Positions 1 to 12,100 of a DNA stretch of 64,000 nucleotides are shown here, piece by piece (the stretch's first letter is position 1; every line of letters starts with the position of its first letter). Source of the stretch: Bigelowiella natans CCMP2755 (lineage: Eukaryota > Protista > Cercozoa); the NCBI GenBank assembly GCA_000320545.1, contig ADNK01003472.1:55973-119972 (forward strand), written 5' to 3'. The position numbers were made by a program, and so were the translations under genes. The notes beneath the pieces were generated by a model, which was given only the letters and a program-made list of their open reading frames with translations, was not told the origin of the DNA and made no database searches.

Positions 1-311
1 TGGAATATGGAAACAATAAGGTCAGGGTGAACGACGATTGGCGCATGAAGATTGTCTATCTAGGCTACCCTGGATTACGAAATATGGAGAGGGTAGCTAT
101 GAAAATAAAGGACGGAAAATATCAGCTACTCTACCTAGCTGTTCCCGACTTACCCTTTGAGCACTGGTATAAGGTCCTGGGGGACCTTGATGCAGAGGGC
201 TGGTATGGACACGAACCTAAGGACGAAGGTGAGTTCTGGGTAAGCGACAAAGGAGATAAGGTTAGAGAGGAATCTATTACCTGGTGGTTGGTGAAGTTCC
301 GAAAGCGATGA
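1..311 (+). mobile_element. 3' end of an ORF resembling the degenerate Dam/N6-adenine-MTase-like domain of DIRS-type retrotransposons
   Basis: The translation DDWRMKIVYLGYPGLRNMERVAMKIKDGKYQLLYLAVPDLPFEHWYKVL follows the DW..xPP..RV..KI...ILVVPDWP..W pattern of retroelement MT domains. It is intronless, lacks microsatellites, and is followed by a dispersed repeat (690-736). The catalytic NPPF-like motif is degenerate. Confidence 0.3.
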
Positions 312-689
312 AGGTCTAAGGGAATAAGGAAGGAAGGAAGGAGCAACGTGACTTGGGGGAGGTGTAGCGCGTACCACTACGCGGGCACAAGTCACGTGCG
401 ACAACAAAGGGGTTGTCGCGGATATAGAATATAGATAACGTAGATATTAATACAGCATAGGCACGTGGGTTCCGGCGGGACTCATGGCAGCACACCGGAA
501 GTGTGCTGCCCCACGTGCGGCGGCATTCGCGAAAGCTTCGCGAATGATTACGCAGTGCACGATTTAATAAAAATATAATCTTTAATAAAAATAAACACAA
601 CTCTTCAAAAGGAAGCAAACGTGCCTTTCCCCCCCCCTGCCTACTTGTGCACGTAGCGCCTCGGCCTGTGAACACCTTACGCGCAACAA

Positions 690-736
690 GTGAACAGGAA
701 TGTGGTTCATGGGTAGGAGGAAAAGCCACCCTTGTG
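690..736 (-). repeat. 47-bp dispersed repeat, inverted copy of 59626-59672 (possible LTR or TE end)
   Basis: The reverse complement cacaagggtggcttttcctcctacccatgaaccacattcctgttcac aligns ungapped to cacgagggtggcttttcctcccacccctgaaccatgttccagtccac with 40/47 identity. Confidence 0.8.
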
Positions 737-1159
737 GCCGAAATCCCCGACTTCGACCACTCATTTTGAATTCAATGGCTTGGGCCACGATGTGCAATGA
801 TCGATTTGCTAAAGGTGCAGACGCACGTCAAAGACATCCAGGATTTTTTGACTAACTCCGAGAAAGAAATCGTGCGCATTTTTTGGGAAAGACATGGATG
901 ATTTTTTGGCGAATTTAACACTCGCATTATTATCATCGGTCACGAAAACGACGACGAGGAGGAGGAGGAGGAGCAGGAGCAGGAACATGGCGGTCATCAA
1001 ATGGATGGTGATACACCATTGTGCAGGTTGAGGTTCGTAGGTCGGTCTCCTCCTCTATACACCACCAGCACCCAAGAAGTAGTCAGTAGTGAGTCAGTGA
1101 GTAGAGATTTACTACGTTGTGGCAGCTGACCGACCGACCGACCGACCGACTGACCAATA

Positions 1160-1453
1160 ATGCAACAGCACCTGCAGCACCACCTCTTTAGTCACGGGCG
1201 TCGTCAGCAGTGGCCGCCACGTTCTTCCCTCCTCCTCTTTGCCACGTTAGCACTGATTGCGTTATACCACAGCTACTACTCTCTGTCATTTTATCATGGA
1301 GGTGAAGGAGGAACTGCTTATAATAGCAGCAGCCGTAGGCAACATCAACATAAACAAGAGCGGCATCAACATCTTCGGAAGAGGATACCATCCTCCTCCT
1401 CCTCCTCTCCATTATTATTATCATTATTATCATCATCACTATCCCAATGCCCG

Positions 1454-1493
<40 letters not shown>

Positions 1494-2243
1494 ACCGCTG
1501 TTCTTCACCTCCTCCTCCCCCCCCTCCTCGGGACAACAACAAACCAGCAGTTGCTGACATGACGACACCAAATCTACTATCATCACCATCACCATCATCA
1601 TCATCATCTTCTTCTTCGTCTCCTCCTCCTTCTTCTTCTCCCTCTTCTTCCTCTTCTTCCCATTCGCCGCCAACAGCGTTGCCGTCGGATGTTGCTGGTA
1701 ATCTTGCGAAAAACTATTTGGATTTGGACCAGATTAGTAATGACCTAAGCTCCTTAAGGGCAGATCTTCGAAAGAAGCTACGAGAAGACTCCAGCAAACC
1801 CGAGGGGAGGAATTTACAACAGATAATTCTCAACATGAGCGATGAGGAAATTATACAAATATTGCGGCAAGAATCGAGTCAGATCGTCAACGAAACATTT
1901 CAATTATCACAGGAACAGATAAAGGCTATTCGAAATGAAGCAAAAGATACGGTTCTCTTCGACGACAGAAAGAACGATCATTTGGAAGACCCTCCTCGTA
2001 CTAACGAGTGGTTCAGAAATTCCGCTCAAGTATCAACAATTGCGGGGCAGCCTTTTAGGTAGTAGATCATTAAAGAAGTGTTGTTTACTTTCTTCGAATT
2101 CTGCATTTGAAACATCGCTTAAGCTGATTGCTCCATTTCATATACTGTATTTAAGTCATATACTGCTGCATTAAAGGCGGTAAATTGTGCATGTTCTTAT
2201 TGTTCTTATCGTAGCGCGGCTGCCACACGATTTACAATATTTT

Positions 2244-2282
<39 letters not shown>

Positions 2283-3276
2283 GCGTATGCGTGTGCGTGT
2301 GTGTGTGTGTTGTGTATGTATTGCTCCTTAGCGGTCATAGGGATGGATTGGCCTTGAAACATTCGCAGTTCAATGTTCCGATGGGTAGTAGTGGTGGTAG
2401 TAGTAATGAGGGTGTATGTATGGGGGGGGGAAAGAAGACAACAAGAACGGTTAGAATCATACCATGTTTATGTATTAGTAACAAATAATATATCGATATA
2501 AAAGTAGTAGTAGAACTACATAAATTTGTTGTATGTTTAAGTGTGTGTGTTGTATCAATGACGACTATCTTTGTGCGTTCCCATTATTGATTTATAGGAA
2601 TGTCATTTGACATGAAAGGGAGACTTCTTGTTGCTGATGCTGCAAATAACCGCATTCGGAGGTGGTTCAAGTGCTAATGCTGCTACCACGACTACTACTA
2701 CTATTACTATTTTGCTCTACTACTTACTACCACTACCACTATACTCAACTATAAGCTGACGACAGGATTCTTCTTTCTCCTCCTCTTCTTCCTCTTTGTC
2801 ATCATCATCATCACCAGTAGCAGCATCGCAATGTTTTAATGTGACGATTTTTTGGTGATATTCTTCTTCTTCTTTTTAGAATCTACTTGTCAGGACCGCC
2901 CTCCTCTCACTTACGAGGACGATATCATCACCAAGAAGTAGCATCAACAGCATCATACGGACAAAGAAGAGGGCGATTTACTTATGATGATGATGATGAT
3001 GATAATGAGAAGTTGCAGCAGAAAGGCTCCTACTCCGTTAAGGCATCAGTAAAATGTAATAACGACGAACAAGAGGCGTATGTGGCGACATTGGCAGGAT
3101 CTGGTCCTTATCATGACCTCAACAAGTACTAACATTTAGGAGGAGGAGGAGGAGGAGGGGCATCTGTGCTGCTGCATATGTAGTTGTGCTTTATATTATA
3201 TGATGATGATGACGACGCATCATTGTAATTTATGTTTAAAAGGTCAATCGATACGATGCAATGATCCTGTACACCC

Positions 3277-3308
<32 letters not shown>

Positions 3309-4255
3309 TTTTTCTTCTTCTTCGATTATATTGATTAGGATTCCTACGGCGTCTTCTTTAGGAAAGATAGAAGATTCACTGCGGGTGGGTAGTAGTAGTA
3401 TAATAGTTGTCATTGCATCATTTCAACCATAATTCCTGATATATGGTTCCACATCATCGTCGTATCTTCTTCTTCTTCTTCTTCTTCTTCTTCTTCTTCC
3501 AATCATCAGGATGGTGTTGCATCACAAGCGTTGTTTAATTGGCCAAACGATATTTGCGTGGATAAAGATGTAGGAAATCATTCAATATGACGACAATAAT
3601 CACTGCTATATCGAATAAACGCTCTTTCTCTCTTCCACAATCATTCTTCTTCTTCTCCTTCTTCTTCTTCTTCTTCTTCTTCTTCTTCTTCTCATCTAAT
3701 TTATTCAATGGTGACAATGTTGAACTACGACAGGGGGTGAGTACATGTGAGTATACAATCTGCATATGTTGTTGTTATTGTTGTTGTTGTTACAGTATTA
3801 ATTAACACACATGAGTATGCTGCTGCTGCTGCTACTGGTGATGCACATATGCGTGTTGATGCTGGCTGCTATTACAGGACAATGTGTACGTAACGGATTG
3901 CCACAACCATGCCATCAGGAGAATCGATCGTTATGGCATTGTGAGTTATTAGTCCTCGTCATAATATCCACCATCATTAAAATTATCATTATCATCATCA
4001 TCATCATCATCATCATCATTACTATTATAATTGATATTGCATCGTAGCATCTCACAATCTCAAATCATCAATGGAGTACTACTGCCGTCAGCAGCAATAA
4101 CAACAACAACAACAGGTAACAACAATAGCTGGTAGTGGTCGTGAAGGCTTGAGCGATGGAGTAGGTACCGAAGCAAGGTTTTCGTATCCATCAGGCATCG
4201 ATATTATCTACCCTAACAGTACTAATAGAGGAGTCTATTACTACAGTGATGGTGA

Positions 4256-4287
<32 letters not shown>

Positions 4288-4523
4288 ATGAGAAAAAGAG
4301 TAGGAAAGCAGCAGCAGCAGCAGCCATCACGAATAGTGGGAATAGTAGTAGTAAGAAGAAATCGTGGAAGAATGCCGATGATGGACCAAAACTTGTCGTC
4401 AGTGATACTCTCAACGGTCGTGTCGCGGTAGTTGACATTAATACTTGATATTGTACTCCTGCATCGTTTGTTCATCATCAAATGGTTGGATTGAATATCT
4501 GCACGCACGTAAATATGTAAAAT

Positions 4524-4563
<40 letters not shown>

Positions 4564-5178
4564 TATTCGTCTTCTTCCAGATGATAAATCTTGAAGATTT
4601 TGAAGTAACAACTATTGCCAGGTTGTATTACTACTGTGAGTTCTTCTTCATCTTGTTCCAAATTATCATTTTCCTCCTCTCTCCGGCAGCACTAGATTCT
4701 GAAACGATGCTATGTACAGCATGCCTCTTACTTTCACTACTACTACTACAACTACTACTACTACCACTACAACGACGATATTTAGGAAAGGAAATGAACT
4801 ACGGTGTCAGCCACACTCAATTGCCACCAACAAGTAGTACTCACTCCAACATTATATATTAATTCAGATAAAAGAAAACATAAATAAACACATTCTTTTA
4901 AAGAGAGTTCTCAGGGGAAGGAGGAGGAGGAGGGGGACATTGGCCATCAACATTTGTATTAAGCTGCTATTTTAGTAATCATGGTTGAATAGGGAATCAT
5001 CCTGCTGCTGTGGAATTACCAATATTGATATAAACAGAGAAGGAGGAGGAGGAGGAGGAGGAGGAGAAATGGGAACAACAACAAGAAGAAGAAGAACGAG
5101 AAACAGAAGAGGCACAAATGATAACGATATAGGAATAATCGCCGTGGGAAGTCACCTGTACTAAACTCATCGTCGGCA

Positions 5179-5243
<65 letters not shown>

Positions 5244-6513
5244 CAAAGTGAAAAGCAGTAGCAGCTAGACGGCGCATTGATTGACTGATTGATTGCCTGC
5301 TTGTTGATGTTTTTATATCGTAATGATAGTCGTGATGATTATAATTATAACTGGTGCCATGTTGTTTCAAATGGAGATTTGTTGATAATGAATATACGCA
5401 TATTTTAATTTATCATCATTTTTAACGAAAACTCTTTCATAATTAATGCAATGATGATTATAATTATAACGGTGAGAAGGAGGAGGGGGATATTATGAAA
5501 TGCAGCATTTACCGGGGTGAATAAAAACATACATACATTTATACAATATTAGCGTACCTGCTATTTCTAGTATTCTAGGTCGTCTCTTCTTCTTCTTCTT
5601 CTTCTACTTTTTCCCTCTTATCCTTATTCTTCATCATCATCTTCTTCTTCTTCTTCTTCTTCTATGTGTGCTTGATAACATAGAGGTGACCCTTATTCCG
5701 TGCAGATAGGAATGGACCTTATCAGAAAAACAAATTACACTACCAACGATAAAAAACATCTTAAATGCGACGAGGATGACGCCGACGATGACAGCGGTTG
5801 TGAGATCATCATCAATAACACACCATCCGTCGCTCAAAACATCATGATTCCACTTACCTACTATTACTACAACTACTTACTACTACTTCTACTACAACTA
5901 AAGGTTGGCGCAATGTTGAAGGTCCCGTAGTACTACGACCAAAGAAGAAAGGAAGAAAGAATAATCTATCGTTATTAGACCGTCTACTACTTGACGACAG
6001 CGAGGAGGATCATACCAAAACATTAAACGACGACAAAATCGAAGAGGATAGACGACAATATGATGGTTTCTTCGCACCCTATGGTGATGATTAGATTGAT
6101 GATTAGATTGATGATTAGATTGATGATTCAATTGATGATGATGATGATGATGATGATGATGTTGGTGATGATGATGAGTACTTATGCTATTTGGCGTCAT
6201 TGACCACTAGTCGAAGTGTAAGGACCTTGTTGTAAACTCTGTTCTATGCTACTAATTGGATCATCGTATAACACATGCAATGCCAAAAAATAGAAACTCT
6301 TCTACTCACCCCTAATCCCCTCCCCACACTAATTGCTACAACATTTCACACGACCAATATACTTCTTCTTCTTCGATCTAACATTGCTACGGATAGCAAT
6401 GCACATTTGAGTGATAATTAAATAAATTATAAGCTCTGGAGTTTGATGGCAAAAGAGGTGTACTGTATGTAGGTACTACCACAATTCTACACTACTATCA
6501 CACTTTTCCACCA

Positions 6514-6550
<37 letters not shown>

Positions 6551-8142
6551 CTTTGGATGAATCATCAGCGGATACTCGCAATAACCGCGTTGTAGCTCTG
6601 GTTCGGAACAACAAACGAAGCAAATCGAAGCAGCAGCAGCAGCAGCAGCAGCAGCAAAATGATGGTGATGATCATCAGCCTCTGCAGCATCATCACCACC
6701 ACCATCATGGTGGACTAGAACATCGGGAACAAGAGAAGGCAAAAGGAGAAAAGTACTCGTTATCATCATCATCTCCCTCTCCTTCTCTCTCAACGAGCAA
6801 CTACTTTAAGAGTTACATCGTGGCCGGAGCAGGAGGTCTATGTGGTATTATGAAAAGAACGAATCAACACAATAAAACAACAACAACAAATCTTTATGCT
6901 GTACTACATGATCAATTATCACTAATTGCGATGATGATAAATGCATACATGCTTATCATCTGCTACATACATTCTTACAAAAATCATCATATTGTTGGTG
7001 CCTATTATTAGTGGAACCAGCATTCTCGTCATCGTCACTTTATTGTTGCATGATGATGCAATCGCACCTGTATTGTTACAGCACCAACACCAATTTGTAG
7101 AGTAGTCGTACTAGTAGTGGGATCTGCTGTTTTATGGGCATATTATTACCTCAATTAAAGTAATTGTACAATATTGTGTTGCGTGATTTATATCAACAGC
7201 AACCGAGGATGGAGCTGCATCATCCGCACGGTCAGTACATGTGTCATTATTGGGATAACGAGCAAATACGATGATTCCATATTTTGCTTATGTGGTGACA
7301 AAGAATCAACTATAAGCAGCAAACCTATCAGCAGACGTGCTAATGTCCCCCAATATCATCATGATCAATATCATCATTATCACATCTCTCTCTCTCCTCT
7401 TCTCTGATCTTCTTGTTCCCAATTGTAATAGTTTCCACCGGTTGCAGCATAAAATCACATTGTTTAGTCATTCGCGACCACAAATATATGCATCATAAAT
7501 AAATAATACAGTGTATGTAGCATATGTTTCAGTATCTCCATGGACCAGAATGTCTGACTACAACAAATACTACTATTTATTGCTACAACTACTACTGCTA
7601 CATCTACTACTGCTACTACTACTTCATTAGATTTGCGTACCCACAAGGAATCACAATCTCGGTTGTCCTCATCAAATGTGTAGTATTCGCTGCACTTTCT
7701 CTAGTTTCTTGTTTGGATTATTATTTGCATACATGTATGATGTCACAAATCACACAATGTAGTTGTGGTAGTAGTAGTAGTAGTAGTGGCGGTGGTGGTG
7801 CAATAGTAGTGGTGGTCCTGGCGACGATCGTAGGTAGAATGATGAAGATGTTGATTCAATAGAAGAAACAGAAAACCATTTATCTGGGAGAAACATATTT
7901 TTCAATAAATATTGATAAAACGTGATGATACAAACTGAGTAGTCTCACGATCAAAAGTCGTATGATATTAGTACAATAATTTTCGATGCAATACTGACGA
8001 TTTGAATTATCTGCTGCTGCATCATCTCACCGGATTGGATTGTCGAATACTACAATGTCGTACGTTATGGTGGCAGCCCGATGGAAAGTTCTTGTACGTA
8101 TCTGACAGCGTCACAAATCGGATTCGCAAGTGTAGGCTCTAG
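1160..8142 (+). CDS. Multi-exon NHL-repeat (beta-propeller) protein with N-terminal hydrophobic segment and Ser/Pro-rich region
   Basis: GT-AG exons translate to VSTIAGQP / GHRDGLALKHSQFNVPMG / MSFDMKGRLLVADAANNRIRR / DGVASQALFNWPNDICVD / NVYVTDCHNHAIRRID / VTTIAGSGREGLSDGVGTEARFSYPSG / FAYPQGITIS / PDGKFLYVSDSVTNRIRKCRL*. The stop is at 8140-8142. Confidence 0.85.
5180..5241. repeat. Compound (AC)n(AT)n microsatellite, representative of dozens of intronic SSRs
   Basis: Read directly. Similar tracts occur at 2244, 4527, 22500, 32200, 37030, 44520 and 52602. Confidence 0.95.
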
Positions 8143-9130
8143 TTTGTACTACATATTACTGGATTGCTCTGGCATATTGGGGTGAATCATGTAATGTGCA
8201 GTCGCAAGCATAGATTGTTGATCATGCAATGAGTAACGCCCTTCTATATCGGGGGATGTACAATGCATCATAATCATCGTTTGGAATTAATAGAAAGTGC
8301 CCCGATCCAACAGAACGAACGTTGATTGACAGAACAACTTCGAACTTTCTTGCATTGTTGTGCAAATCATGACTTGGCGATGCAAACAACGAAACTTGCA
8401 AGACCTTCTCGCTCCATGCATGATAGCGATTTCCATCGCTGTCTAGCTGTATGCATGCATGCCCATCTCTGATCAAGCAGAAAACAAATCATTTCAAAGT
8501 GCCTGGGATGTGCTGCACCTGATCAACTGGGAAGGCTAGAAGGGGGAAATGGATGTGGCCACAATTGTTTCCATGCTAGCATGGCTTTGAGATGAATTTA
8601 GCTAGCATGTCAGTCGCAACTTAGTTTGATGCACGCATCGTGCTAGCGTGCTAGCGTGACTACACAACCCACATTGCAGCTGCGCTTGCTAGCTTGCGCC
8701 ACGCACGCAGAACTAGAGAGCGCTAATGTGACGCATCATGTGCATTCAAATGACAAGCAACTTCAGAAGCAAGTGCAATGTTTTCAGAATGTTCGGATGT
8801 TGGTGAACAGTGAGTGAGCACCGCGGAGCAACTGCGTTTGCGAGCAGAAAAGAAAGTGCAAGCCTCAGATGTCCAGAAATTTCAAATTTCCGGGATTTCG
8901 TCTGAAGTAGAACTGGAGAATTGCAGCACACTAGCACGGGCTGTGTGTGCATATTTGACGCAAGTGTTGCGTGTATCGAGCCACATGTTTCTGTGTGTTG
9001 CAACACGTTCCTGCGCATGTACCAAGGCCCAACCAAAGGTTCATCGGTACTTGAATGGCTTCTTTGAGCGTGGATTTGTTCAGAAAATCTAGATTTTCTA
9101 GTTTTTGAGCTGAAAATTGTTTTGATTTGG

Positions 9131-12100
9131 TCATGATGCGAAAGAAGAGTCTTGTGGGCTTCTTTCCGTACGAAGAAAGTTCCTCGAAGAACAATCAGTG
9201 ACAACGCGCATGCCTCCATGAGCACTGTCTAGAACTCCAGAGACGTCCTCTGCTTTTTTATCATGAGCTGCCATTGAACTTGTGTCGTTATTAGGAAACA
9301 TTGATCCGGCTTTACTTACAGAAATCGGTCGTGCAAAAGACAACTGCGGCAATTTAGATCTGGCAGAGTTGGAAAGAATCGACATTGCGGACAATCGACC
9401 TTGAATTATTGTTTCCAAATTCAGGATGTTAAGTAGAGAAAAATCAAAATTGCAACAAATCTAAAACTGAAGCGCTCTCCCTCTCTTCATGTCGAAATTG
9501 TAACTACCCCTCTTTTGCAGCATAAAATGCTGCTGATAGTAGTCGCGTCCCTTCTTTCGGAAGGCAACGAACCAAAAGCAGTATCCAAACAGGACAAAAT
9601 TTGATAGAGCTAGAATAAGAATTAAATAGGAAAAACCTGAATGAACAGTGCGAGGGAATACTCAAATGGTCGAATATGCCAATCTAGAGTAACAATTATG
9701 GTCTTTAGTACCTTCAACAATGCCCCTAGATATCAGCTTTTCTTCAGCAAAAAGGAAATTTAAGTACTCTAGAATACTGACCAACACTAGCAGATTTAAG
9801 ATCGACAGTTGTACTGGAAATTTCCAAGCCATATGCCTCACATGCGGCCTCAATTTTATCTAACAGATAACATAACGGTGACTTTAAATATTTTTTTGAC
9901 GTTTCACATTACTCTTACCAACAACGATGAAAATAGTGCTATTGCCGAGCCATTGATTATAAGTTTTACGATCTGTTGAAATTTATGTTCAAAATTGTAT
10001 GCAGGTGTACAAATTATGAAAATATCTTGTTCGATAAACCTGATTGAGTTTGTTGTTGGTGGAGAGAAATACTCTTGTCATACATAAAACGAAAATTAAT
10101 GCCATTTGGCAGTGGAGCATCTGCATACCATAGGAAAAAGGTAATGTATCGCATAAATATCTCCTTTTATCTTCTAATAGCGAAGTATTCTACTACCCAA
10201 TAATATGGTGGTAGAAAGTCATCTCCAAAAAACCTTCAGATATACAATTATAATTAGATTTACAGCGATACTACTGGGGAAAGTGATTCTATACTTTCGA
10301 TAGTGAAGTCGCATAAACTTATTATTAAGATTTCCGCGTATGTATACAGATCTGACTTTTATGAAACTCCATATTGGGAAAAAGATGCTATGCAGTATAA
10401 GAACACTTATGCCTAAAGCCATGACTGGAGCGTGCTCAGTACCAGCGCAATCAAAATTTGGATTAACCCAAGAAACTAACGTCTTTCCTCTTCCTTCCTC
10501 ATTCGAATCAATGCAATAAACGGACCCAGCTCCAAGAAAAGTGGATGGAGTATACATTGCAATCGAAAATACGAAGATATATCCACGCAAACTTCTGAGA
10601 TGCTGCCCAAAGCTGCCCTGAAGTATATTCAGCACTTTTTTCATGCCTAATGTTCCAGATGAGAGAACCAACAGGGCCATAGCTACAAGGATAGAAGAAA
10701 AAACTGCATATTCCTTAGCAAATGCGTCACTATTTCGCGAGAAACATTCAGGCCCCACCGCCTGAAAGTCAAGACTCGCAATGTTCATCCATGAAAGCAC
10801 AGCGGCAGTAGCCGGTGCGGTCGCAGTTGCAGTTGATGTAACGAGGGCAAAATGTTGCAACATCAAAATTGTCCATATTGCAAAGTCCTTCGCTTGCCAA
10901 GTAACAAGAGGCTTCAACTCCGGTTTTCCTTCTGATACTTTGCTAAACTTCAGGCATAAGTACACGATTATAAAAACTATTATTGCGATCGCACACAAAA
11001 TAGCAACACGAAATATGCTGCCAGTCCTAGAAGGACATCGCCTGCAGATACCAAGTTCCTCATAGAAGCCATCGTCGCATGAAGAGCAAAGAGTTCCTGT
11101 ATATCCCTCTCCACACTCACTTTCGGAATCTACAAATGACCATCCTTGACATCGGACTTGAGAGGGAGCCGGGCACTTGTTTACATGTCCTACACGCTCA
11201 TTTGCTGTCCAAAATCCTATGAAGTACATTATGATTTTCTTGGATGCAAATAAATAAAACACAATATTCCTCTATTACCTTGCCTCGGCCACATTCGAAC
11301 CCCCCCTGGGCAATAGGCATTACGATCACAGGGCCGACAACTATCTCCGACGCCAAAGGCACATCCTTCAACATTATTTTGAATTTGAGCACATTCTAGA
11401 GGTGAAGTAAAGCCCTGGCACTGGTCTGTATAAAAGAATCCCAATCCTTCTATGCTGCATTGTCCAGGACATAGAAGATACCCACCAAGTGACTGGTCCG
11501 AACTACCTGTTCTATGTAAACCATCAGGATTTGAAATTTCGATGGTATGGTATCCACAATCTTGGACGTCACACAGGTCAGTGAAGGTTGGGGTTATGAA
11601 CGTAACGTTCAATTCAGAACAAGACTCAATTGCTGCAGGAATACCTCCAACAGTGATGTTTGGGCACATGGTGTTCACAAATCCACCATAAATTGGGTTT
11701 GCCAATGCGACAATCCTTGTTGCCGTGTTCAATGTAACAGAGTAGGCTGAATTACCGTTGCCAGTACTGAAAACGGAAGATGTTTTCCGACCGTTAACGT
11801 CAATAAGCCAATCTGTGATTATGGGCCATGCGACATCTCGAATGATAACTGGGACTTCAAATTGCTCGGAACCACCATCTACTCCATCAACGGCACATAC
11901 AATTTGAGTCATCCTCTGCTCATGATCAGGATTATAAACAGATCGAACATCATATTCGATGCTTTGCCCACTCTCGAGAAAAGTTTGAGATTGATCAAAT
12001 CCTTCTGAAGGAGTTAATCTTGCAATTTGCTGATCTAAAGTGTCGCAGGATATGAAAATACTAGGATTTCCAAGGAGTTGATTTGTAATCGAAAATCTGG

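Noticed and set aside
1188-7862. Poly-amino-acid ORFs (poly-M, -H, -D, -C/V) on alternative frames
   Set aside because: They are translations of microsatellites in introns or antisense to real exons.
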